Shown here one piece after another: positions 1 through 8,416 of a stretch of 57,977 nucleotides of DNA (positions are counted from its first letter, which is position 1; each line of letters begins with the position of its first letter). The notes beneath the pieces are model-generated. The model was given only the letters and a program-made list of their open reading frames with translations, ran no database searches and had not been told where the DNA came from. This DNA comes from a bacterium (GTDB lineage Bacteria; CLD3; SB21): assembly GCA_013360215.1 (NCBI GenBank), contig JABWCP010000020.1, forward strand, positions 1-57,977, in the 5' to 3' direction. The translations under genes and the position numbers were made by a program.

Positions 1-536
1 CTGTCATCGGCCGTCGGCGCAATAATTTCCATAAAATCGCGTTTACGAAGGCGCGACATCGTGGCAAACTTTACACTGATATCGCGGATTTTATTTCGAT
101 TTTTTGTCCAGAAATACTGCACCCGAATGTGATCATCCGGATAGATGAATTCTCCGGGATGCTCACTGTAATAACGCTCTATTTCCGACGTCGAAATGGT
201 TACACTTTGTTCTAAATCGTTATCTATAAATTTTTGAACAAGGATTTCACGCCGCAACTTTTCCATTTGCGTTACGAAAGCTTGATCTTTGTCGATACCC
301 GCTTTCAACGCCGCATGATAAAGCGCTTCCTGATCCACCCAGTCCTGAATTAACTTTTCACGTAGCGCCGGCGATAACTGTACTGACGAATGCAAGGCGA
401 CCATATCATGCTCTTTCAATTTCGCCTGATTGACGCGCGCAAGGTAATCCTTCTCGCCCGAACATGACGACATACCGGTCATCAATATAAACCCGAACCC
501 AATCAGTATTTTATGTCGTATGAGATGACATCTCAT
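1..536 (-). CDS. Partial PrsA/EpsD-like peptidyl-prolyl isomerase/foldase lipoprotein (runs off the left edge)
   Basis: Manual translation from ATG at 536 gives MRCHLIRHKILIGFGFILMTGMSSC (lipobox-like)...YLARVNQ...LIQDWVDQEALYHAA...EIERYY. This resembles a SurA/PrsA N-terminal domain. Not in the ORF track because it is truncated. Confidence 0.65.
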   Translation of the reverse strand, partial: MRCHLIRHKILIGFGFILMTGMSSCSGEKDYLARVNQAKLKEHDMVALHSSVQLSPALREKLIQDWVDQEALYHAALKAGIDKDQAFVTQMEKLRREILVQKFIDNDLEQSVTISTSEIERYYSEHPGEFIYPDDHIRVQYFWTKNRNKIRDISVKFATMSRLRKRDFMEIIAPTADD

Positions 537-556
537 TTTTGTGAAAAGCAATATCC

Positions 557-2278
557 TCACGGTTGATATGCACCATTCCAATTTATAGTTACAGGATAAC
601 GGCGTTTTAAATCGCTAATTAAGCCGTTCATTATTTTATTTCGTTCAGCCACCCAAAGTTTTGACTTAGTATCATCTCTTGCTTGTTCAAAGGATATGGG
701 CAATTGATCGGGTTTAATTTCTTTTACCACGCCAATCGAATAACTACCGTCCTCATTGGGAACAATAGGCGTATTCTCATTTACATCTAATTTTAATAGT
801 TTTCTGTGAAGAACCGTTAGCGGCCTGCCTTGTATTTGGCCGTCATTAGAAAAATGAACCCTTTCAGAAGGAATCGTAACTTTGCTGTTTATCTTTTCAG
901 ATACCGCTTCAAATCGAACGCCATTGTTTAATTCATCAATACACTGAAGAGCCGATTTATATGAAAGCGTTCTTAATTCAGAATATTGCAATGAACCGGA
1001 TTTAACAAAGTCAAGCCGATGATCGGAATAAAATTGTTGAAGTTTCTGTTCGTCAATTTGTATAAGGCTATAGATATGAGCTTCCGTATTCATTTCTAAG
1101 CGGTCCAGCTTTATTCTCTTTAGAAGAAACTCATAACGTTGAGGATCTTTCATTGCAACTTGGTTAAGTGAGTCCACTAACAATAGTCGTACTGTTTCAT
1201 TTTTAATACTCAATAGAAGGCCATTCATATTTTCCGGTCGCGAAAGCTCCATCTCCTTGATCAACGGCTTTAGATAGTCGCCCTTAAGAATCGGCCTGCT
1301 ACCAATACTTGTAAGGACAATATCTTCTAAATCTTTTGTGCTTTTATTGGACCTAATTTGGTTTAAAATTGACGCTACGGACGAATCACGAAAGACCACA
1401 TTCAATCTGCTAAACAATGTATCTGCAAAATCCTCTTTTATTTGATTCAAAAAGAACACGTCTTTTATTTGCAGCTTTTCAGACGCCTGTTTCCTCACCG
1501 CCGATAGCTTTTTTGGAGTCAATGTGACCTTATTGGAGTCTGGTAAATTAACTATCCTCATAATAGTGTATCCGTTAGGAATTTCAACCGGTCGCGAAAT
1601 TTCATCCGAAGCCCCCGCGAACAAGGCCTTCTCTAGGGTTATTGGCAACAGATTATGTGGAATTCTTTCAGGTTTTGAAGCTTGCCTTGTTTTCCTTGTT
1701 TTGTATTCCGAATACGTATTCGCTATTTCTCCGAAATTCTGAGGACTAGTAATATAATACAAAGAGTCTATTAGCAGCCGTGCTTGGTTTTGTGTGCGAT
1801 TGCTCGTGTTCTCTGCATCGCGCTGATTGTCGGAATAATAAATGTTTATGAATTGCAAAAAGACAGGACGATTTTGGTATTTATAGAATCTGTTCGCGTA
1901 TGACACATTGATATAGTTCTTATATAGAAAGTCATTGAAGCAACGTTCTTCAAATTCGGCATGCAATTGTTTCTTGATTTCATCATACTTGGCAACACTA
2001 TCTTGCCCTAACTCTTGCGTGTAAATAGCCATCAGTCGTTTCGTGATCATAGTATTCAGAGCTGAATGAATACTTTGGTAATCAGCGATAAAATCTCCGT
2101 TTTCGTTTAAAAAATCCAATTCCATCTCAAATTCTTTTGCCGTTATACTGTCAACGGTTCCTATTTTTGCGATGACATGGACATTATTATTGACCGGTGA
2201 AGTGCAGCCTGATACGAGGCATATCAACACAAACGGTAAAATCAAAACGGGAATGAAAATTTTTTTTGTGGCCATCAT
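557..2278 (-). CDS. SurA/PrsA-like foldase lipoprotein with two degenerate parvulin (rotamase) domains
   Basis: 573 aa ORF with lipobox LVSGC and parvulin-like segments (FGEIANTYSE...EISRPVEIPNGYTI; FEAVSEK...SFEQARDD); C-terminal KRRYPVTIN. Confidence 0.65.
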   Translation of the reverse strand: MMATKKIFIPVLILPFVLICLVSGCTSPVNNNVHVIAKIGTVDSITAKEFEMELDFLNENGDFIADYQSIHSALNTMITKRLMAIYTQELGQDSVAKYDEIKKQLHAEFEERCFNDFLYKNYINVSYANRFYKYQNRPVFLQFINIYYSDNQRDAENTSNRTQNQARLLIDSLYYITSPQNFGEIANTYSEYKTRKTRQASKPERIPHNLLPITLEKALFAGASDEISRPVEIPNGYTIMRIVNLPDSNKVTLTPKKLSAVRKQASEKLQIKDVFFLNQIKEDFADTLFSRLNVVFRDSSVASILNQIRSNKSTKDLEDIVLTSIGSRPILKGDYLKPLIKEMELSRPENMNGLLLSIKNETVRLLLVDSLNQVAMKDPQRYEFLLKRIKLDRLEMNTEAHIYSLIQIDEQKLQQFYSDHRLDFVKSGSLQYSELRTLSYKSALQCIDELNNGVRFEAVSEKINSKVTIPSERVHFSNDGQIQGRPLTVLHRKLLKLDVNENTPIVPNEDGSYSIGVVKEIKPDQLPISFEQARDDTKSKLWVAERNKIMNGLISDLKRRYPVTINWNGAYQP

Positions 2279-2293
2279 AATTTGAGCTTAGGT

Positions 2294-2971
2294 TTAATGA
2301 TTAATCTGTTTCTTTTTATCCATGTTGGACCATAAAATACTGATAATCATGATCAGGAAAATGGTTCCAAAGAGAACAATCTTTGAAACATGCATATTAA
2401 AGTACTCGGCAAATAATTTGGCCCCGATCAGAAATACGATGATATAGGCACCGTCAACCAAGCGCGGATATTTTTTTATCACTTGCAAAAAAACACCCGC
2501 AACCATCCGCATCGTGATAATTCCGATGATACCGCCCGTAACGACAACCCACTGCTTGTTAGACAAGGCTACCGCAGCTAAAATCGAATCCACGGAAAAA
2601 ACAATATCCGTCAACTCAACGGCAATCACCGTGCTCCAGAATGCCGACAAACCAAAAAATTGTTTGGCCTTAGGTGTGCGTTGCGTTTGATCTTCACCGT
2701 GCTTACGAAAGTGGTCCAAGGCGAGCCAGCACAAATAAATTCCTCCGATGATCTTCACCACCGGCATATTGATCAGATAGGATGCCAATAATACGGCGAT
2801 GATACGAAATACAAACGCTCCGATAATACCATACCGCAACGCTTTCTTTTGTTCATCCGGCGGTAACGGCAACACCTGAACCGCTAAAACGATCGCATTA
2901 TCGGCGCTGAGCAAACCTTCCAGTAAGACCAGCAGCCCGATGGTTACAAGATCTGAGTATTCAAAATGCAC
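2294..2971 (-). CDS. TerC family integral membrane protein
   Basis: Motifs LEGLLSADNAIV and ELTDIVFSVDSILAAVAL; multiple TM helices. Confidence 0.9.
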   Translation of the reverse strand: MHFEYSDLVTIGLLVLLEGLLSADNAIVLAVQVLPLPPDEQKKALRYGIIGAFVFRIIAVLLASYLINMPVVKIIGGIYLCWLALDHFRKHGEDQTQRTPKAKQFFGLSAFWSTVIAVELTDIVFSVDSILAAVALSNKQWVVVTGGIIGIITMRMVAGVFLQVIKKYPRLVDGAYIIVFLIGAKLFAEYFNMHVSKIVLFGTIFLIMIISILWSNMDKKKQINH

Positions 2972-3023
2972 AATATATCCTCTATTAGTTTAACTATGGC
3001 AATTCGATTTTTTAAAGCCGAGG

Positions 3024-3052
3024 AATATATCGTTGTGAAATAGAACTATCAA
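3024..3052 (-). promoter_or_regulatory. Sigma70-like promoter for the TerC gene
   Basis: Minus strand TTGATA-17 nt-TATATT. Confidence 0.55.
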
Positions 3053-3063
3053 GCGCAATTACG

Positions 3064-3092
3064 TTGCACCGTCCCGTGTCTTTTAGTATAAT
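3064..3092 (+). promoter_or_regulatory. Sigma70-like promoter for the S8 peptidase (probably leaderless transcript)
   Basis: TTGCAC-17 nt-TATAAT, ending 5 nt before the ATG at 3098. Confidence 0.65.
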
Positions 3093-3097
3093 ATTTC

Positions 3098-6000
3098 ATG
3101 CGCTATATATTGATTGCTATATTATTTTTTCACACCGTTGTCGCTTTTTCAGCTCGTGCCCAAAACGCATCGCATCCTTCATCACTTATTGTAAAATTTC
3201 GACCGAAAAGTCAATTATCCAAAACAATCGAAGACCGCAAAGCATGGATACAGCGTATCCAAACCGGCACTAAAGAACCGATCCATATCGGCTCCGCTTC
3301 CAACAATAATCATACTTTTTTTGATGACACCTACATAATACAACTTGCACCGAACCTTACCTCCGATGAAATAAACTCTTGGATCGCCAACTTGTCCGCA
3401 CAGTCTGATATTGAATACGTTACGATCAATCATCTTTTTCGATTGGACAATGTACGTATCAATGACCCGCTCGCCGACAGCCTTTATTGGATACAACGCA
3501 CCGCTGCTAAAAAAGCCTGGGCTCTTACGCAAGGCCGCCCCGGTATCATTATTGGGATTATAGATTCCGGCATCGAATACGATCATCCCGACCTTACCGC
3601 TCAGATCTATCGTAATGCCGGTGAGATGGGAACCGACGCATGGGGAAACGACAAAAAATCCAACGGTATAGACGATGATAACAATGGATATGCCGACGAC
3701 TGGCAAGGGTGGGATTTTGTTGACGCCCCTGCGCTCGCAGGCGACGGCGATGCCACGGATGAAGACAATGATCCTTCCGACGAAAACGGGCACGGCACTT
3801 CCGTAGCGGGCATAGCCGCCGCTACCGGCAATAATAAAACCGGCGTGATCGGTATGGCGTTCGGATGCCGTGTCATGAATCTGCGCGCCGGCGGGAAATC
3901 AGGTTTTCTCGAAGAAGACGATGTGGCGCGGGCTATCGTTTACGCAGCGGATAACGGCGCCCGAATTATCAACTGCAGTTTTGGCGACCGGGAATACGGA
4001 CCTTTATTGCGTGATGCGATACGCTACGCGTGCGATCGCGATGTCGTGATCGTCGCTTCCGCCGGCAATTCGTCCAGCTCTGCACTGCATTATCCGTCAT
4101 CATTTGATGATGTCATCGGTGTCAGCGCTACCGCCAAAGACGATTTTTTTGCCGGTTTCTCAAATTACGGTACGCGTATTGACGTGGCCGCACCGGGCGT
4201 AGATATTCTAACGACAGCAACGGACAGCGGGTATCGTTTTTTTTCAGGCACTTCGGCTTCGGCCCCCTTGGTATCGGGTTTGGCCGCGCTGATGCTGTCG
4301 CTGGATAGCACACTTTCCCGCAATGATGTACGTGCGACGTTACAGCAAAGCGCCGAAGATATCGGAGAAATCGGTTGGGAACCGTACTATGGGCATGGTC
4401 GTATCCATGCCCAACGCGCGCTGCTGTCTATCGGCGGTACAGGTGTCGCTATTCATTACCCCGCGCAAAATCAGGGCGTTCACGGAAATAACATCTCTAT
4501 CCGCATTACTGCGGCCGGTCGTTTTATGGCGTCCGTCCGGCTGTTGATCGGTAGCGGCACTAACCCTTCTTCGTGGACGGAAGTCGCGTCGTCGGAAAAT
4601 CATGCGTTTGTCAATGATGTGCTCACCGATTTGGATATAAGTGATTATTCACCCGGAACCTATTCGCTGCGACTCGAAGTGACTAACAAAGACGGCTCGT
4701 TAAACGAAACGGTGAATCGTTTTTTTATTGATCATACCGCGCCGGCGATCTCGGACTTCGTAGTGCGCCCTATGTTGTATGGCAAATATGCAGGGTATCA
4801 TATTCAGTTCCAAACGGATGATTTGTGCGAAAGTTATGTACGATTACGCATCGCCGGTTCATCGGAATCGGGATTTCCTTTGCCCATCAAAACGCTTTCA
4901 CAAAATCACAGTATTTTCATCAGCACATCCGACTTCAGAGGCCCGTATGAAGCCGCTATCGAAGTGATCAACGCGGCCGGAGATACCGCGTATTATGATA
5001 ATAACGGAGGTTATTATCCGCTCAATCTCACGCAAACGGAATTGCCGGTTTCGGCATTTCAAATAGACACTTCTTTCAAAATGCCCGCCGCCTATTTGTA
5101 TCCCCGTTCTACCGATATGGATAACGACGGAAAACCGGAATTGACGGTGAATACGTATAATAACGCCGGAGAATTTGCGTGGTTACGCACGTATGAATTT
5201 TCAGGAACGAGCGGCCATCCTGTTTCTTTAGTTCATGATTATATTTCCAACGGCGTACCCCGCGACATAGATGACAGCGCGTCCGGCGGTAAAATGCGAT
5301 TACTCGCCGGTATGGGATCATCCACCGTCGTGTACGAAAGCGTGAACGCAACCGGCTTACCGATTTCACGAACGTATAAAGATTCCAACGATTTCTGGGG
5401 ATCGCGGTTTGCCGACATGGACGGCGACGGTTTACCTGAATTGATCGGAAAAAAAGGAAGCACTTATCAAATACGAAAAAATACGGCTTCATCTTGGACA
5501 ACCTGGCAAACGCTCACCAATCCGACCGACGGTGGTAATCTGGTCGGTGTTCCCGGTTCGGCCGTCGGCGATTTTGATCATGACGGCCATCAAGAAATTC
5601 TCCTCGGTGATTACGACGGAAATATTTTCATCTACGAATTAAACGGAAACTCGGCGGCGTTGATTTGGAGCGATTCGTTGTACGGTGTGGATGCCAATGC
5701 GTTCTTGGAGAGCGGTGATTTCGACGGGGACGGATTTCCGGAATTCGCCGTCGGCGTTCACTCGGAAGATCCTTCTTCCGAAAGCGAAGCCGTCAACAGT
5801 TATTGGTTATGGCGCATATACAAAACTACCGGAAATAACTCTTACACCATCGCATGGGAACAATATTTTTATGGGTATGCGCCGTTAGCACAATTTCCAT
5901 CCGGCGCTTCGTCGCAGGATATCAATAACGATCAACGCCCGGATTTATTATTGTCTTTGTATCCGTATGCCTATATCCTGACTTACGATGCATCAAGTCA

Positions 6001-7285
6001 GCAGTATGTGTGGTATTGGCATAGCGATCATGTACTAAGCAATACTATCGCTGCGGCGGATGCAAATCATGACGGATTTTCCGAACTGTACATCGGTGAT
6101 GGCACGGCTACACGCCGATTTGTTCTACAAGATCTGACCGCCTACGAATTGCCCTCCGCGTTGGCCATATTTCCATCCGATACCGATCGCATTCAAATAC
6201 AATGGCAAATGCGCCCGGGTTTAGATTCGCTGCTCATTTTTCGAGGCACGCATGCAGATACGCTAGCACTTATCGCTACGATCGCGGCTAACGCCGAAGC
6301 ATGGGCCGATTCAGCCGTTCAAAAAAACAAACCGTACTACTACAGAGTGCAAGCGCGCTACGGCAACGCTTCATCCGGTGTATCCGGTCTTTTTTTTGTG
6401 CGCCCCAATCCGAAACCATCGGTTGTGTCGGTCGAAATGTATAATGCCAATTTTATTCGAGCCCGATTTTCTGAACCGATCAACAACGAAAGCCTGAGTC
6501 AGAATTTTCGTTACCTGTTGGATGACCGATATTATCCGGCGAGCGCGATACCTGTCGAAGGCGGACAAGCCGTGATGCTTCACTTTACGCAAGTTGTATC
6601 CGGTTCGCACCGATTGTTTTTTTATTCGCAGCACGATACCGATGGCACGCCATCGGACACCGCCTCCCGTACGTTTTTGTATGACGGAGTTACACCACGC
6701 ACACCTTTGTACGTCGTGCGGGCGACATACGAAGGCCGCAACCGCATTCGTTTGGTTTTTAATAAATCCGTGGACATCGCTACAGCGACACTCACCTCGG
6801 CGTATCGTATGAATTATGATTTTTCAATTGTCTCGGCGAGTATTGTTCCTTTGTCATCCAATACGGAAGTATTTCTGGACGTTGAAGGTAAAAAATATTT
6901 AGGCCCGATCGGTTTAGCTTTTACGATAGACGCACACGGCGTCAAGGACAGCGAAGGATATCCGATTGATTCTGTTTTTGGTTATCGTGCCGGATTATTA
7001 TTCAGCGTTGAAAAATTAGGTGATCCGTTTGTGTATCCTAATCCCCATCGCGCCGATATAGATCCGCCTTATATCACCTTCGCAGGTATTCCCGATAAAA
7101 CCGTGGTACGAATTTATTCTGTTGACGGACGATTTATAAAACAGATTGCCGAAAGCGGAAATGACGGCGGAGTGCGATGGGATTTAAAGGATACGAACGG
7201 CAAGAGAATTTCATCCGGCGTGTATATATATGAAGCGGTCGTGTCGGGAAAGAAAAAGTTAGGAAAGTTTGCTGTCGTACGATAG
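3098..7285 (+). CDS. Secreted S8 (subtilisin-like) serine peptidase with FG-GAP repeats, FN3/Ig-like domains and a T9SS/FlgD-type C-terminal domain
   Basis: Signal peptide; catalytic triad IIDSG, HGT, GTSASAP; D-x-D-x-D-G repeats; C-terminal VYPNP...YSVDGRFIK...SSGVYIY. Confidence 0.9.
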   Translation: MRYILIAILFFHTVVAFSARAQNASHPSSLIVKFRPKSQLSKTIEDRKAWIQRIQTGTKEPIHIGSASNNNHTFFDDTYIIQLAPNLTSDEINSWIANLSAQSDIEYVTINHLFRLDNVRINDPLADSLYWIQRTAAKKAWALTQGRPGIIIGIIDSGIEYDHPDLTAQIYRNAGEMGTDAWGNDKKSNGIDDDNNGYADDWQGWDFVDAPALAGDGDATDEDNDPSDENGHGTSVAGIAAATGNNKTGVIGMAFGCRVMNLRAGGKSGFLEEDDVARAIVYAADNGARIINCSFGDREYGPLLRDAIRYACDRDVVIVASAGNSSSSALHYPSSFDDVIGVSATAKDDFFAGFSNYGTRIDVAAPGVDILTTATDSGYRFFSGTSASAPLVSGLAALMLSLDSTLSRNDVRATLQQSAEDIGEIGWEPYYGHGRIHAQRALLSIGGTGVAIHYPAQNQGVHGNNISIRITAAGRFMASVRLLIGSGTNPSSWTEVASSENHAFVNDVLTDLDISDYSPGTYSLRLEVTNKDGSLNETVNRFFIDHTAPAISDFVVRPMLYGKYAGYHIQFQTDDLCESYVRLRIAGSSESGFPLPIKTLSQNHSIFISTSDFRGPYEAAIEVINAAGDTAYYDNNGGYYPLNLTQTELPVSAFQIDTSFKMPAAYLYPRSTDMDNDGKPELTVNTYNNAGEFAWLRTYEFSGTSGHPVSLVHDYISNGVPRDIDDSASGGKMRLLAGMGSSTVVYESVNATGLPISRTYKDSNDFWGSRFADMDGDGLPELIGKKGSTYQIRKNTASSWTTWQTLTNPTDGGNLVGVPGSAVGDFDHDGHQEILLGDYDGNIFIYELNGNSAALIWSDSLYGVDANAFLESGDFDGDGFPEFAVGVHSEDPSSESEAVNSYWLWRIYKTTGNNSYTIAWEQYFYGYAPLAQFPSGASSQDINNDQRPDLLLSLYPYAYILTYDASSQQYVWYWHSDHVLSNTIAAADANHDGFSELYIGDGTATRRFVLQDLTAYELPSALAIFPSDTDRIQIQWQMRPGLDSLLIFRGTHADTLALIATIAANAEAWADSAVQKNKPYYYRVQARYGNASSGVSGLFFVRPNPKPSVVSVEMYNANFIRARFSEPINNESLSQNFRYLLDDRYYPASAIPVEGGQAVMLHFTQVVSGSHRLFFYSQHDTDGTPSDTASRTFLYDGVTPRTPLYVVRATYEGRNRIRLVFNKSVDIATATLTSAYRMNYDFSIVSASIVPLSSNTEVFLDVEGKKYLGPIGLAFTIDAHGVKDSEGYPIDSVFGYRAGLLFSVEKLGDPFVYPNPHRADIDPPYITFAGIPDKTVVRIYSVDGRFIKQIAESGNDGGVRWDLKDTNGKRISSGVYIYEAVVSGKKKLGKFAVVR

Positions 7286-7726
7286 ACGTTCTTCTTTTGA
7301 TAATGCCCACCGCGCATACGGCGATATAAAAACATACACCGCGATTATCAGTAAAACACCATCTTCGGCTATTTTTTTCCAACCTATCACTTCATCCGGA
7401 TCATTCACATCAAAGCATCCGCACGGTATAACCAGATCGCGTATGAGCGCTGAGGTGATAGCAAAAATAAATATACTCAAAAGTAGGATGGCCCATCCGG
7501 CGGCCGCGCGAGTCCAATATCCGACCATGAGTGCTATACCGATGAATAACTCCAGCCACGCTAGCCAGACGGCTGAAATCGGTGTCACCACGGCGGGTAA
7601 AATACGATAGCCGTCTATCGCGGCGGCAAAGGCGTATGGCGATGTGATTTTTTCTAAGGCACCATAACAAAATACGATGCCGAGAATTAAACGTAACGCG
7701 GTTTTTATATGACTTTTCCAAGCCAT
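7259..7726 (-). CDS. MauE/DoxX family membrane protein
   Basis: RLILG, FAAAIDGYRILP, WLELFIG and CGCF motifs; start re-assigned to MAWK at 7726. Confidence 0.85.
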   Translation of the reverse strand: MAWKSHIKTALRLILGIVFCYGALEKITSPYAFAAAIDGYRILPAVVTPISAVWLAWLELFIGIALMVGYWTRAAAGWAILLLSIFIFAITSALIRDLVIPCGCFDVNDPDEVIGWKKIAEDGVLLIIAVYVFISPYARWALSKEERLSYDSKLS

Positions 7727-7736
7727 AATTATTTTT

Positions 7737-8249
7737 TTATTCAGGGTTAGTGCTGCGTTTTTTTTCTTCGATCGGATAACCGGCAGTACGCCATTCTTCC
7801 ATACCGCCGGTAAAAACAAAAACATTGGTAAAACCCATTTCGATCAACTGCATGGCGAGACGGCCGGCCTGATCACAGCGCGGGCCGCCGCAATAGGTTA
7901 TCAATGTTTTGTTTTTTTCCCATTCTTTGACTATGGGCAGTTCCTTTGCGCGGCTATAATAGCACGACACGGCGTCCTGGATATGAGCCAATTTGAAAAT
8001 CGCTTCCTGGCGCGCGTCCACAAATAATCCGGCTTTGGTTTTAAAAAGCGTATAGGCTTCGTCCAGTGACAGTCTTTGCAACTTGGATGCATCCTGACGC
8101 GGCATACGCATATAAGTTTTCGAATGGTCGCGGCGTATCAATTTATCCCATGCGAAACCACTGCTGTGCCATTGATTAAATGCAATGCCGACTGACAAAC
8201 TGGAAATCGCGAGGATCATCATACGAAAAAGAGTGGAACGGAAATGCAT
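7737..8249 (-). CDS. Membrane-anchored rhodanese-like domain protein
   Basis: FVDAR, HI, YCGGPRC active-site loop, GGMEEW; N-terminal TM/signal segment. Confidence 0.88.
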   Translation of the reverse strand: MHFRSTLFRMMILAISSLSVGIAFNQWHSSGFAWDKLIRRDHSKTYMRMPRQDASKLQRLSLDEAYTLFKTKAGLFVDARQEAIFKLAHIQDAVSCYYSRAKELPIVKEWEKNKTLITYCGGPRCDQAGRLAMQLIEMGFTNVFVFTGGMEEWRTAGYPIEEKKRSTNPE

Positions 8250-8275
8250 AGGTTGGCCTCCCGCAGTTATGAACT

Positions 8276-8304
8276 AATGTACGCGAGCGTTTGTACATTG
8301 GCAA
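8276..8304 (-). promoter_or_regulatory. Sigma70-like promoter for rhodanese-MauE, overlapped by palindrome AATGTAC-N10-GTACATT
   Basis: Minus strand TTGCCA-17 nt-TACATT; GGGAGG RBS before the ATG at 8249. Confidence 0.55.
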
Positions 8305-8416
8305 GTTGCGGGATGAAGAAAATATACTAGGACAGAGCATTAGTTGATCCGCTATCTTGTCCCATTCGACACGAGTTCACAAATTATCGGGTTATTGGTC
8401 GGCTTATTTTTGAGCT

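Noticed and set aside
8259-8313. Riboswitch-like extended hairpin upstream of the rhodanese gene
   Set aside because: Most of it lies within the predicted promoter, upstream of the likely TSS, and it matches no riboswitch consensus I recognise
8250-8416. attR duplicate of the tRNA-Ser 3' end
   Set aside because: No match to GCGGAGAAGG/GCGGAGGATG in this spacer
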